Shown here: piece after piece, positions 28,059-37,554 of the stretch | Numbering within the stretch: position 1 is the stretch's first letter | Layout of the letters: each line of letters starts with the position of its first letter | Assembly (NCBI GenBank): GCA_003105035.1 | Contig: PQAL01000036.1 | Span: forward strand, 72,499-136,498 | DNA from: Anaerolineales bacterium | GTDB taxonomy: Bacteria; Chloroflexota; Anaerolineae; Anaerolineales; UBA4823 | Length of the DNA: 64,000 nucleotides | Direction: 5' to 3' | Made by a program: the position numbers and the translations under genes | The notes under the pieces: generated by a model | Databases searched by the model: none | Seen by the model: only the letters and a program-made list of their open reading frames with translations | Told to the model about the DNA's origin: nothing

Positions 28059-28087
28059 ATATTACTATGACCTCAGTCTTTTGTCAA
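28059..28087 (-). promoter_or_regulatory. sigma70-type promoter for the tRNA: TTGACA-17 nt-TAATAT
   Basis: On the minus strand, TTGACA is at 28087-28082 and TAATAT at 28064-28059. The -10 ends 18 nt before tRNA position 1. The -35 abuts the stop codon of the upstream polyprenyl synthase gene. Confidence 0.55.
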
Positions 28088-29053
28088 CTATATTTCCCGG
28101 TCAACGATATATACTGCCAGTTCCTCAAGCGCCTTACGCTCACGGCTTTCGGGAAGCTTCATCAATCCATCCAGTCCTTTTTGCACGTACTGGCGTGCCT
28201 CGTCATGTGATTGTTGGATTGCTCCACTTTCACGTATCGAAGCAATCAGCCGGTTCAGGCAGTTCTCATCGCAGAAGTTGGATTCCAGGATGTTGCGCAT
28301 GTCAGCATCGCTGGGATTATCTTCGAGGTAATAGAGTACAGGTAATGTGATCAATCCCTGGCGAAGGTCACTTGCCACGGGTTTACCCATGGTTGCCTGC
28401 TCGCTGGTGAAATCCAGAATATCATCAATGATCTGGAACGCCATGCCGATATCATAGCCAAATTGCTTCACCGTGGATAACACTGACGGCTCTGAGTTAC
28501 TCAGCAGCGCAGCAGTGGTCGTAGACGCTTCGAACAACGATGCAGTCTTGGCATAAATGCGGTGGTAGTAGTTTTCACGATTAACGATCCACTTGCTGCT
28601 GAATAGCTGGTTGATCTCGCCGTTCACGATCGTTGCCAGTGTCTCAGCGAAGACGTGCATCACATTCACCGAGCCAGTCTCCGAAGCCAGCTTGGCAGCC
28701 TTGGCGAAGATAAAATCACCCGTGAGTACCGTTGCCGCAGGCGACCATTGCGCATTTAATGTGGGGATGCCTCTACGGATCAACGCACCATCGATCAAGT
28801 CATCATGTACCAAGGTGGCAGTATGCAGGCTCTCGATCGAAGCTGCCAGGGTGACCAGTTTATCAGCGTCAGCTCCCAGCATTTTGCCGGTAAGTAAGGT
28901 CACAATTACGCGGATACGCTTTCCACCCGAGCTCAACAGATGGTGCAACGCAGCTCCTACTGGAGTATGATGACCGTCAGCTTGAGAACGTATCTTATCT
29001 TCGACCAGTCCGATCCGGTCTTCGATGGGAGTGGTATATTTGGCGTCTATCAA
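28088..29053 (-). CDS. polyprenyl diphosphate synthase (trans-isoprenyl, long-chain type)
   Basis: The two Asp-rich motifs are present: LVHDDLIDG and FQIIDDILD. Length is 321 aa. Confidence 0.9.
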   Translation of the reverse strand: MIDAKYTTPIEDRIGLVEDKIRSQADGHHTPVGAALHHLLSSGGKRIRVIVTLLTGKMLGADADKLVTLAASIESLHTATLVHDDLIDGALIRRGIPTLNAQWSPAATVLTGDFIFAKAAKLASETGSVNVMHVFAETLATIVNGEINQLFSSKWIVNRENYYHRIYAKTASLFEASTTTAALLSNSEPSVLSTVKQFGYDIGMAFQIIDDILDFTSEQATMGKPVASDLRQGLITLPVLYYLEDNPSDADMRNILESNFCDENCLNRLIASIRESGAIQQSHDEARQYVQKGLDGLMKLPESRERKALEELAVYIVDREI

Positions 29054-29874
29054 TGAAATCCTCTCAATCTGAACATCTTGTTGGCTTCGCCCGTAGTAGC
29101 CTGCGCCACTTGCTCTACCTTAATTTCTTTAATTTCAGCGATTTTCTCTGCCACTATTCTAACATTGGTTGGTTCATTTCGCTTACCTCGAAATGGAAGT
29201 GGCGTCTGATACGGAGCATCGGTTTCTATCAGAAAAGACTCCAACGGAAGGGATTCGATTACTTCGTACAGGTTTTCTGAATTCGGGTAAGTCACCGAGC
29301 CAGCAATCCCCAGCTTATATTGATGTGTTAATAATGTATTCGCCACCGACACATCACCCGAGAATGAATGGACAACTCCGGGATGACTGGCGACCAAGGA
29401 CTTTCGAGCTTTGAGCTCTTCCTGCCATGACACCAGTATAGCCAGGATATCATTCTCCGAATCACGCATGTGCACGATCACTGGCAAACCCAATTCAGCA
29501 GCCAGCTTGAGCTGTGCAGTAAATATCTGTTTTTGGATTTCCTTCGGGCAATGATCCCGATAATAATCCAGGCCAATCTCACCCAACGCAACGACTTTCT
29601 TCTCCCGTGCGAACTCCCTGAGCTCTGCAAGGGTTCCATCATTCCAGCTCAGACCACTGTTTGGATGCACACCTACAGCTGCAAATACCTGGGGATATTG
29701 TCGTGCTAATTCAACAGCCGATTTGCTGGTGTCAAGATCAATCCCAGGGATGACAAACCACGAAATCCCTGCCTCGAGTGCACGTTGAATAACGCGGTCG
29801 CGGTCCTGACCAAACTCATCAAGATTCAGGTGGCAGTGACTATCGACAAGACTCTGGGTGGGCTCACCGGTCAC
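29050..29874 (-). CDS. TatD family metal-dependent hydrolase
   Basis: [14 protein letters not shown], the histidine-bearing stretches PVIVHMRD and GVVHSF, and ETDAPY are present. 4-nt overlaps on both sides indicate an operon. Confidence 0.9.
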   Translation of the reverse strand: MTGEPTQSLVDSHCHLNLDEFGQDRDRVIQRALEAGISWFVIPGIDLDTSKSAVELARQYPQVFAAVGVHPNSGLSWNDGTLAELREFAREKKVVALGEIGLDYYRDHCPKEIQKQIFTAQLKLAAELGLPVIVHMRDSENDILAILVSWQEELKARKSLVASHPGVVHSFSGDVSVANTLLTHQYKLGIAGSVTYPNSENLYEVIESLPLESFLIETDAPYQTPLPFRGKRNEPTNVRIVAEKIAEIKEIKVEQVAQATTGEANKMFRLRGFH

Positions 29875-31292
29875 GATTTCAAGCCTGCCACCCGCAATCC
29901 ATCCGCCAGGATCTCTTTTACGCTTTCCTGATGAGTGGTCTCACAATAAACGCGCATAATCGGCTCGGTGCCAGAAAATCGGATCAGCAACCAGCCGCCG
30001 TCTTCCAGGTTAAATTTGAACCCATCGGTCGTATCCAGGTTGACCACCCTCATACCGCCGATTGTTTCCGGCTTGCTGTCCAGGATGCTCTGTTCACGAG
30101 AGGCGCGATCTCCCGAAAACGGGGTGTCGATGCGATCATAATAATGCGGGCCAACCTTCTTGAACAGCTCACCGATCAATTCAGAAGGTTTCTTGCCCAA
30201 CCGCACCATCATATCGAGGATGTAAAGGCCTGCCAAAATGCCATCCCGCTCGGGGACGTGATTCCTGAATGCATATCCGCCGGATTCTTCACCACCCAGC
30301 ATGGCATTCGTTTCCAGCATCTTGGGTGCCACATACTTAAAGCCAACCCCGGTCTCGTATACCGGGACGTCATAGAGCTTGCCCAGCTTGGTCAGCATAT
30401 TGGTGGTGGACAGGGTTTTTACGATCGGGCCGCGTTCCTTCCTTACCTCAAGGAAATAATACCCTAGCAAGGCGTACACGCGCAGCTGGTCTATGAATCT
30501 ACCGTCTTCATCACCCACGCCCAGGCGATCAGCATCCCCGTCAGTGATGATCAACACATCTGCTTTGCGCTGCACGGTTTCGCGCAATCCCACGTCCACA
30601 TTAGGTGGGATTGGCTCCGGGCGTTTCATTTCTGGGAAAATCGGGTTACGTTGGTTATGGATTTCCTCCACCCTTGTCCTGCCGCCTGATAGCAGACGTG
30701 GGAACCACCCGATACCGTTCCCCCACATTGGCTCAACCAGCACTTGTAAGCCGGAATCCTTGATTTTTTGAAAATCGATCAGCTTGTTCAGCTGCTCAAT
30801 GTATGCCGTGTTAGGATCAAATACCTGTATGGTATGCTGCGAAATCCCTTCTTCAAGCGAGATGCGCCGGGCTTTATCAGCAGTATCCGGGATGCGTGCT
30901 TCGATTTCCAGCAATCCTGCCGGATCGATTGCACCACCGTGTTCATCACGCACCTTGAAGCCATTATCGGTCGGGGGGTTGTGTGAGGCAGTTATATTGA
31001 CTGCACCAACAGCTTTTTTGTTGACCACTGAAAATGCGATGGTCGGCGTTGGTGTAGCCTTATCGGTTAAATATACCCTCAAATTGTTTGCAGCCAGTAC
31101 TTCAGCGACTGCTGCAGCGAAATTTTCTGAATGAAAGCGCTGGTCATATCCGACGATAACCCACTCATCTCTGGCACCTTTATTGATCAGGTAGTCAGCG
31201 AATCCTTGTGTGCAACGACGAATATTCGCAAATGTGTAGTCTTCAGCGATTCTCCCTCGCCAGCCATCAGTCCCAAAATGGATTTTTTCCAC
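29871..31292 (-). CDS. phosphoglucomutase/phosphomannomutase family protein
   Basis: FGTDGWRG, the active-site motif [13 protein letters not shown], the Mg loop DGDADR and GGEESGG are present. Start set at GTG 31292 (GGAGGA 6 nt upstream). The track extension to 31388 would run through promoter-like elements. Confidence 0.9.
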   Translation of the reverse strand: MEKIHFGTDGWRGRIAEDYTFANIRRCTQGFADYLINKGARDEWVIVGYDQRFHSENFAAAVAEVLAANNLRVYLTDKATPTPTIAFSVVNKKAVGAVNITASHNPPTDNGFKVRDEHGGAIDPAGLLEIEARIPDTADKARRISLEEGISQHTIQVFDPNTAYIEQLNKLIDFQKIKDSGLQVLVEPMWGNGIGWFPRLLSGGRTRVEEIHNQRNPIFPEMKRPEPIPPNVDVGLRETVQRKADVLIITDGDADRLGVGDEDGRFIDQLRVYALLGYYFLEVRKERGPIVKTLSTTNMLTKLGKLYDVPVYETGVGFKYVAPKMLETNAMLGGEESGGYAFRNHVPERDGILAGLYILDMMVRLGKKPSELIGELFKKVGPHYYDRIDTPFSGDRASREQSILDSKPETIGGMRVVNLDTTDGFKFNLEDGGWLLIRFSGTEPIMRVYCETTHQESVKEILADGLRVAGLKS

Positions 31293-31329
31293 CTCTAATC
31301 CTCCACTTCTTGAGTTTAAACCGGAGTTT

Positions 31330-31338
31330 ATTATATCA
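31330..31338 (-). promoter_or_regulatory. extended -10 element TGATATAAT for the phosphohexomutase operon
   Basis: The minus strand reads TGATATAAT (complement of 31330-31338), about 38 nt upstream of GTG 31292. Confidence 0.4.
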
Positions 31339-31373
31339 AGGGACATACGAGAGCGGAATAGGCATGCCAGAAA

Positions 31374-31382
31374 TGATATAAT
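31374..31382 (+). promoter_or_regulatory. extended -10 element TGATATAAT for the aldolase gene
   Basis: The plus strand reads TGATATAAT at 31374-31382, 36 nt upstream of ATG 31419, which is preceded by AGGAGG. Confidence 0.4.
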
Positions 31383-31418
31383 CCTCACTTGTGAATTTTT
31401 AAGATTAGGAGGATATCA

Positions 31419-32840
31419 ATGACCACATCACTTTTTCAAGATCAACTTGCATTGCTCCATGGCAGCCTGAAGTTAACCGAACATGGGGCTGAGATTGTCG
31501 ACAGACAACGGCTGCAGGACAACATTTACAAGCTCGTTGAAATTTCGGCTTTGGGAGATCCGTCTTCCAAAGGAGCTGCCCAATACCTGATCCGCCAGGC
31601 AGCTCTAGCTTTTGGTGTTATCCCCAGCTCTATCAATGATTTATACCTGGCACGCGGGCGGGGCGAAATCCCTACTACATTCACAGTACCTGCGATGAAC
31701 CTGCGCATGCTGGCCTTCGATTCGGCGCGTGCTGTATTCAGGATTGCCAACGAGATGAATGCAGGTGCGTTCATTTTTGAAATCGCTCGTTCAGAGATGG
31801 GATACACGGATCAGCGACCCGCCGAGTATGCTTCGAACATACTGGCAGCCGCAATAGCAGAAGGCTACACCGGTCCAGTATTCATCCAGGGTGACCATTT
31901 TCAGGTATCTGCCAAACGTTATACATCTTCACCAGAAACAGAAACCCAGGCAGTTAAAGATTTGACAAAAGAAGCCATTGCGGCTGGCTTTTATAACATC
32001 GATATCGATACCTCAACCCTGGTCGATATCACCAAATCCACCATTCCCGAGCAGCAAACTTTGAATAACCACCTGTCTGCCATGTACTCAGCCAATATTC
32101 GCTCACTTCAACCCGAAGGCGTGCAGATATCCATTGGCGGTGAGATTGGTGAAGTAGGTGGTCACAATTCCACTGAAGAAGAGCTGCGCGCCTATATGGA
32201 CGGCTATCACAGCGAGCTGACCAAGCTTGGTCCTAAGGCACAGGGATTAAGCAAGATCAGCATCCAGACCGGTACATCTCACGGTGGCGTGGTCCTGCCG
32301 GATGGCACAATCGCTAAAGTCAACCTTGATTTTGGCATCCTGCTTAAGCTCAGCCGTTTAGCTCGCTCGGTTTATGGCATGGGCGGTACAGTCCAGCATG
32401 GTGCATCAACCCTGCCTGATAATGCCTTTGGCAAATTCGTCGAGTCTGAAGCTGTTGAGGTTCACCTGGCAACCAATTTTCAGAATATCATCTTTGAGCA
32501 TATACCCGAAACTCTCCGCTCAGAAATGTATGCCTACTTAGACAAGAACTCGGCCTCTGAACGTAAACCGGATATGACCGACGAGCAGTTCTACTACAAG
32601 ACTCGGAAAAATGCCATTGGGCCTTTCAAATCAAAGACGTGGAATCTGCCTGCGGAAGTAAAAAATGCCATCTCCCGAGCGCTGGAGGAGCAGTTCCGCA
32701 AGCTGTTCGTGTATCTCGGGATGCAAGGCACGCGCAAATATACCGATATCTTTATACATCCGGTCAAAGTCATACCCGATTTGAAGTTCTATCTAGGTGA
32801 AACAGCAGTGGAAGAGGAAGTATCCGATCTGGCTGATTGA
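31419..32840 (+). CDS. class II (metal-dependent) ketose-bisphosphate aldolase family protein, long form
   Basis: VFIQGDHFQ, GGEIGEVGG and IQTGTSHGG correspond to the class II FBA/tagatose-bisphosphate aldolase metal and substrate motifs. Length is 473 aa. Confidence 0.6.
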   Translation: MTTSLFQDQLALLHGSLKLTEHGAEIVDRQRLQDNIYKLVEISALGDPSSKGAAQYLIRQAALAFGVIPSSINDLYLARGRGEIPTTFTVPAMNLRMLAFDSARAVFRIANEMNAGAFIFEIARSEMGYTDQRPAEYASNILAAAIAEGYTGPVFIQGDHFQVSAKRYTSSPETETQAVKDLTKEAIAAGFYNIDIDTSTLVDITKSTIPEQQTLNNHLSAMYSANIRSLQPEGVQISIGGEIGEVGGHNSTEEELRAYMDGYHSELTKLGPKAQGLSKISIQTGTSHGGVVLPDGTIAKVNLDFGILLKLSRLARSVYGMGGTVQHGASTLPDNAFGKFVESEAVEVHLATNFQNIIFEHIPETLRSEMYAYLDKNSASERKPDMTDEQFYYKTRKNAIGPFKSKTWNLPAEVKNAISRALEEQFRKLFVYLGMQGTRKYTDIFIHPVKVIPDLKFYLGETAVEEEVSDLAD

Positions 32841-32842
32841 TC

Positions 32843-33343
32843 ATGCCTGCCAGTGACCAGGGTGTTAACCTCAACCACTATATGCTCGTCCCACGTACCC
32901 TGGTTTTTATCACCCGCGGGGATGAAGTCTTGTTGCTGAAAGGCACTAAAGGAAAACGCCTGTGGGCCGGGCTATACAATGGTATTGGTGGCCATGTTGA
33001 ACAAGGTGAGGATATCGTTTTAGCAGCCAGGCGTGAGCTTTTTGAAGAGACCGGCCTGGTCTCCAATAATTTGTGGTTATGCGGCATCACCACCGTTGAC
33101 ACCCAAACCAACCCAGGTGTTTGTATTTTCCTGTTTAAAGGCGAATTTCCTGGTGGTGAGATTATTTCTTCAGCAGAAGGCACCTTGGAATGGGTAAAAC
33201 AATCCGCTCTAGCTGGTCTACCCCTGGTCGCTGATCTTCAACAGCTGCTTCCCAAGGTGCTTAGCATGCGGCACGGAGATCCACCTTTTTTAGCCCATAC
33301 CAGCTATAACCGTGACGGGCAAATGCAAGTCTCAATCGGATAA
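32843..33343 (+). CDS. NUDIX hydrolase
   Basis: The Nudix box is GIGGHVEQGEDIVLAARRELFEETGL. The track start at TTG 32837 is also possible. Confidence 0.85.
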   Translation: MPASDQGVNLNHYMLVPRTLVFITRGDEVLLLKGTKGKRLWAGLYNGIGGHVEQGEDIVLAARRELFEETGLVSNNLWLCGITTVDTQTNPGVCIFLFKGEFPGGEIISSAEGTLEWVKQSALAGLPLVADLQQLLPKVLSMRHGDPPFLAHTSYNRDGQMQVSIG

Positions 33344-33365
33344 GGAAAGGCTACATTAACGACAG

Positions 33366-33405
33366 GGAGCAGCGTACACCATTCCATATGGCTAAGCGCT
33401 GCTCC
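33366..33405. terminator. possible bidirectional stem-loop between convergent genes
   Basis: A 9-bp GC-rich stem GGAGCAGCG/CGCTGCTCC has a large (22-nt) loop and is followed by TTGATTT on the plus strand. Confidence 0.3.
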
Positions 33406-33428
33406 TTGATTTATTCGTAAATTCTCAG

Positions 33429-34064
33429 CTAACGCCTAAATGAACGAATGATCAATTGCAATCCACAGATGATAAGAGCCAGGGGCCAGATGTAATTGAG
33501 TAAATCTTCCTGGGCGACCAGGAGTACCAGCCCAAAGACTCCCAGAATGCCACCTGGTATCCAGGCCCACTTCATACTGCCCACCTTGTTGGGTAAGATT
33601 GCTACCAAAACGAATGTGAGCCCAAGCCCCAGGAAAAAGATCCCGCTGGTTGGTATCCTGGTCTGGTTGCTCAGCACGGCAACACTGCCAAGTGTCGCCA
33701 TTATGCCCATCGGGATGATCGCCCACCAATTCATACGGTCTGCCAGGTATACCAGCAGGAAGCTGAGTGCGATCCCACCAAATATGACCAAAGGCTCCAG
33801 ATTTGAATCTGAAAATCCGGGTAGATAGGTTGTCAGGCCGATCAATGTGGCTAAGGCAAGCAAGATGATGCCTGGGATGAGTGCCCACCAATGGTCATGA
33901 TTGAATAAATATACGGCGACGAACAACACACCTGCTACAGCGGTGATGATCAACCATAATAGATCATCAATACTAATAATGTTAAATGTATCCAACAGGA
34001 ATAGCACCCCTCCCAGGATCAGTAACACACCCCAAAATATCGGCGATGTAAGAATTTTTTTCAT
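33429..34064 (-). CDS. polytopic membrane protein with repeated W-x-x-IPG helix motifs
   Basis: 211 aa and almost entirely hydrophobic. The motifs HWWALIPGIILL, NWWAIIPMGIMA, KWAWIPGGILG and YIWPLALII recur. Confidence 0.7.
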   Translation of the reverse strand: MKKILTSPIFWGVLLILGGVLFLLDTFNIISIDDLLWLIITAVAGVLFVAVYLFNHDHWWALIPGIILLALATLIGLTTYLPGFSDSNLEPLVIFGGIALSFLLVYLADRMNWWAIIPMGIMATLGSVAVLSNQTRIPTSGIFFLGLGLTFVLVAILPNKVGSMKWAWIPGGILGVFGLVLLVAQEDLLNYIWPLALIICGLQLIIRSFRR

Positions 34065-34076
34065 GGTTCCTCCTGC

Positions 34077-34595
34077 TTATTTCTTCCGTATAACTGTCTG
34101 GACAATGATCCAAATTCCAGCCAGGATCACAAGCACAGGCCAATATTTGATGAAATATCCCTGTCCGGAAAGCAGCATGAAAAACACCACGAATAAGATG
34201 CCACTGATCAAGAGCAACCGCAATCCATCCTTGTAACCACTTTTATCATTTCCGCCCAGCAAAGTAGCAATGATGATCCCAACACCGACAAAACCAGGGA
34301 TGAGTGTCCATAGATATGACCAGGCACCCCACTGGCCAGACGAGTTTGTCCAAAATAAGAGACCACCAATCCCCCCTACGATACAAGCTGGAACGCTTAA
34401 TCCAGGTGCGCGAGTCAGCAATCCCAGCAGGAATAAGAGTAAACCCACCCCAATGACAATTAATGGCCACTGGTATTGGAGATCCATGATCTCATTCAAG
34501 CCTGGCACCAGGTTGAACTGAGCAGCCAGGAACCATGCTCCGATGAGCAACAGGATGATCCCGAATACCAGATCCGATCTTCTCTCCTTAGACAT
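34077..34595 (-). CDS. polytopic membrane protein, distant paralogue of the downstream gene
   Basis: AGGAGG lies 4 nt upstream of ATG 34595 (MSKERRSD...). The motifs YQWPLIVIGVG, LWTLIPGFVGVG and KYWPVLVILAG are present. Confidence 0.7.
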   Translation of the reverse strand: MSKERRSDLVFGIILLLIGAWFLAAQFNLVPGLNEIMDLQYQWPLIVIGVGLLLFLLGLLTRAPGLSVPACIVGGIGGLLFWTNSSGQWGAWSYLWTLIPGFVGVGIIIATLLGGNDKSGYKDGLRLLLISGILFVVFFMLLSGQGYFIKYWPVLVILAGIWIIVQTVIRKK

Positions 34596-34871
34596 ATTTC
34601 CTCCTATCGATGCGCTATTCTGAGCTGTTAAAGTATACATCTAAATTTAATCTAACCTTAATAGTAATACGTAAAACTTGTTAAGAAGTCGTATTATTCA
34701 ATAAACACGCCGGAAGTGAGGAAATGCCCGAACGCCCCAAACATCAATTTATAAGAATTATGGTAATCACGCTGCCAAAATTATATGTGGAATCACGCCA
34801 AGAAGCCGAAGAGCGATAATATTGTCGGATAAATCGACAAATTTTGTAATAGAATCTGAAAATTGTGGGCA

Positions 34872-35129
34872 ATGACGTATTCCGTTGAAGATTTACACAG
34901 CATGAACAAACCAGCTGAAGGAATGGTTGTTTCAGAATATCTAGCGTTCGCCTCAGGTACCTACCTCATGCACAGAGGCATTACGATTGGCAGGAGCAAC
35001 CTCACCCTTGACGGTCAACACGCCATTCATAACAAACAGATTGAAGAAAATGAATACGCAATCGAACAAGCAGATGTCATGGACACAACGCTTATCAATA
35101 ATTCTTTTGAAATGAAAACGTATGCCTGA
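34872..35129 (+). CDS. hypothetical protein (85 aa)
   Basis: The ORF's stop overlaps the start of the next gene by 8 nt, suggesting translational coupling. No recognisable motif and no clear RBS. Confidence 0.35.
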   Translation: MTYSVEDLHSMNKPAEGMVVSEYLAFASGTYLMHRGITIGRSNLTLDGQHAIHNKQIEENEYAIEQADVMDTTLINNSFEMKTYA

Positions 35130-36864
35130 AACACCGTCTATCGGTATCTACCATGCTATCCAGGATTTCCACTCGGCTCGCCAAAAAGCTGCCTTGCGGG
35201 AAATTATTGCCCGTTTCACAGGTGATTCTATTGAACTGATGTCTTTCGGAGAGGTAAGGCAGAAACTCAAAGCCCAGATCAGTGCCAAAAAAGAGCTTAA
35301 AGAAATCCCGCTTGATTCGATTATTGGCAGCGTAAATCGCTATCAGGATTTTTACCGCGATTTTTTACCGGGCAAAAATATCGATGAAGAGCGTTGGGCA
35401 AATATCGATCTGGCAAATTATGGATTTAAAGGTCTACCACCCATTGAGGTCTATCAAATTGACCAGGCGTATTTTGTGATCGATGGTAACCATCGCGTAT
35501 CGGTAGCGAAACAGCTCGGCGCTTCTCACATCCAGGCATATGTCACCCAGGTCAGCACGCGTGTCTCTTTCACACCAGATTCCCTGCCAACAGACTTGAT
35601 TTTAAAATCGGAATATGCAGACTTTCTCGAGCATACTAACCTGGACAAGTCACGCCCAACTGCTGATTTATCAGTTTCGTTCCCAGGCCAGTACCCTGTA
35701 GTTGAAGAGCATATTGTGGTTCACCGTTATTTCATGGGGATTGAACAGCAGCGTGAAATCCCCATTGCAGAAGCAGCTGCTGACTGGTACGATGGGGTCT
35801 ACCTCCCAATCATCACCCTCATCCAGGAACGTGGCTTGCTCACCGACTTTCCTGAACGCACCGAGCTGGACCTATACCTTTGGATTGCCGAACATCGTGC
35901 TCTTTTAGAAGAAGATCTGAACACCCAGGTGGAGGTCATCTCCGCCTTGGATGATTTGTCCGACCAGTTTAGCCAACGGCCATACCGGGTCATCGCTCGG
36001 CTGGGTAATAAAATCGTCAAAACATTGGTTCCCTCCTCCCTTGAATCTGGGCCAGCAATCGGAGAATGGCGGCAAGCAGTCCAAAACGCCAATAAATCGG
36101 AGCGATTGTTTGGAGAAATCCTTGTACCAATTAATGGTCGCGAAGATGGCTGGTGGGCGCTCGAGCAAGCCATAACCATCGCCAGGCGCGAGCCTTCCCG
36201 GCTGCATGGTTTTTATATCCTGAACAGTGACGATGAGCAGGAAACCATTCCTGCCGAAGTGGTAGAAAGCGAATTTTTTAACCGCTGCCAGGCAGCTGGC
36301 ATCCAGTCTGATTTTCAAGCAAAAACCGGCGATATCACCTCGAATATCTGCGAGCGTGCACGCTGGAGTGACCTGGTAATCATCAACCTAAGCTTTCCTC
36401 CGGAAGCTTCGTTGCTCGGCAGGCTGAGCTCAGGTATCCGCAACCTAGTGCAAAGATGCCCTCGGCCGATTATGTTTACTCCACAGCTTGTAACTCCATT
36501 GAACCATGCCCTGTTAGCCTATGATGGTAGCCTCAAAGCCCAAGAAGCATTATTCATCGCTGCCTATCTGGCTGCCAAGTGGGAGATCCCACTGTCCGTA
36601 ATTACCATCGGGCCGAAAAGTGACGCCAGCGAGATCCTGGGCGATGCTGAAAAATATCTGGAGGTCCATAATATTACCGCCAGCTATTTCCTGGCTGATG
36701 GTCAAAATCCATCCGAGGTCATTTTGCAACAATCCACCGACTTGAAGGCTGATTTTTTAATCATAGGGGGTTATAGCCGGAACCCTGTTCTTGAAGTGTT
36801 GCAAGGTGGAGACGTCGATCAACTTTTACGGCAGACGCATCTACCGGTCATCATCTGCCGTTAA
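35122..36864 (+). CDS. ParB/Srx-like N-terminal domain protein fused to an uncharacterised middle domain and two universal stress protein (USP) domains
   Basis: IPLDSIIGS and YFVIDGNHRVSVAKQLG are the ParB-N-like motifs. The two C-terminal USP modules are ILVPINGRED...DLVIINL...RCPRPIMF and ALLAYDGSLKAQEAL...DFLIIGGYSRNPVLEVLQGGDVDQLLRQTHLPVIICR. Confidence 0.7.
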   Translation: MPETPSIGIYHAIQDFHSARQKAALREIIARFTGDSIELMSFGEVRQKLKAQISAKKELKEIPLDSIIGSVNRYQDFYRDFLPGKNIDEERWANIDLANYGFKGLPPIEVYQIDQAYFVIDGNHRVSVAKQLGASHIQAYVTQVSTRVSFTPDSLPTDLILKSEYADFLEHTNLDKSRPTADLSVSFPGQYPVVEEHIVVHRYFMGIEQQREIPIAEAAADWYDGVYLPIITLIQERGLLTDFPERTELDLYLWIAEHRALLEEDLNTQVEVISALDDLSDQFSQRPYRVIARLGNKIVKTLVPSSLESGPAIGEWRQAVQNANKSERLFGEILVPINGREDGWWALEQAITIARREPSRLHGFYILNSDDEQETIPAEVVESEFFNRCQAAGIQSDFQAKTGDITSNICERARWSDLVIINLSFPPEASLLGRLSSGIRNLVQRCPRPIMFTPQLVTPLNHALLAYDGSLKAQEALFIAAYLAAKWEIPLSVITIGPKSDASEILGDAEKYLEVHNITASYFLADGQNPSEVILQQSTDLKADFLIIGGYSRNPVLEVLQGGDVDQLLRQTHLPVIICR

Positions 36865-36879
36865 AGCTACCTATCGCAG

Positions 36880-37497
36880 TCAAAGCTCAATCACGCGATA
36901 CCCGAATGCGTTGATCACCCGGGTTTTCCCAAGATTTGTTTCGGTAACTGCGTCCGGGCGATAAACATGGATATGGCCATGAAGATGGTAATCGGGCTGG
37001 AAGGTATTAACCAGCCAGCGAAAAGCGTGAATCCCTTGATGGGTTAAATCTTGTCCATCGTGTATTCCACGCGGGGGTGTATGGGAAACAAATACATTCA
37101 AGTATTTCCCATATTTGGCTCTGTTCATCAATAGAGACGGGATAATCCGAAAACAATTTAACCACATTTCCGATTGCGAGTATTGGTAGGCACCATTGTT
37201 ATAACATAAGCTGCCCTCCACACCTGCAAATGAGCAACCTCTATACAGGAGTACTTTACAATGGATGTCCTGTGCGCCAATGGTATGATGGTCCCCTTGA
37301 GCTTCTACTTCTTCAGGGAAGGAATGATTTCCGCGCACGTGAAGTAGTGGTTTATCCAATGTGCTGACCAGGTATTCAAGGTAGTATGCAGGAAGATCGC
37401 CACAACTGATGATCAGATCAACATCTGCAAAGACAACGCGGATTTGTGGGCTATATAGCCAATCGATCACCACATCACTGACCACCAGGATTTTCAT
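36880..37497 (-). CDS. metallophosphoesterase family protein
   Basis: MKILVVSDV, CGDL, RGNH, SHTPP and HGHIH are the calcineurin-like phosphoesterase motifs. Confidence 0.8.
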   Translation of the reverse strand: MKILVVSDVVIDWLYSPQIRVVFADVDLIISCGDLPAYYLEYLVSTLDKPLLHVRGNHSFPEEVEAQGDHHTIGAQDIHCKVLLYRGCSFAGVEGSLCYNNGAYQYSQSEMWLNCFRIIPSLLMNRAKYGKYLNVFVSHTPPRGIHDGQDLTHQGIHAFRWLVNTFQPDYHLHGHIHVYRPDAVTETNLGKTRVINAFGYRVIEL

Positions 37498-37554
37498 CGT
37501 GTTATCAGATACTCACCAACATAGGCTAACACACCTGTTTATTACTCGACCTGT

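Noticed and set aside
34770-34815. Direct repeat AATCACGC(T/C) occurring twice 26 nt apart upstream of the 85-aa ORF.
   Set aside because: It is only 8-9 nt long, the spacing does not fit helical phasing, and there is no associated regulator. It cannot be distinguished from chance.
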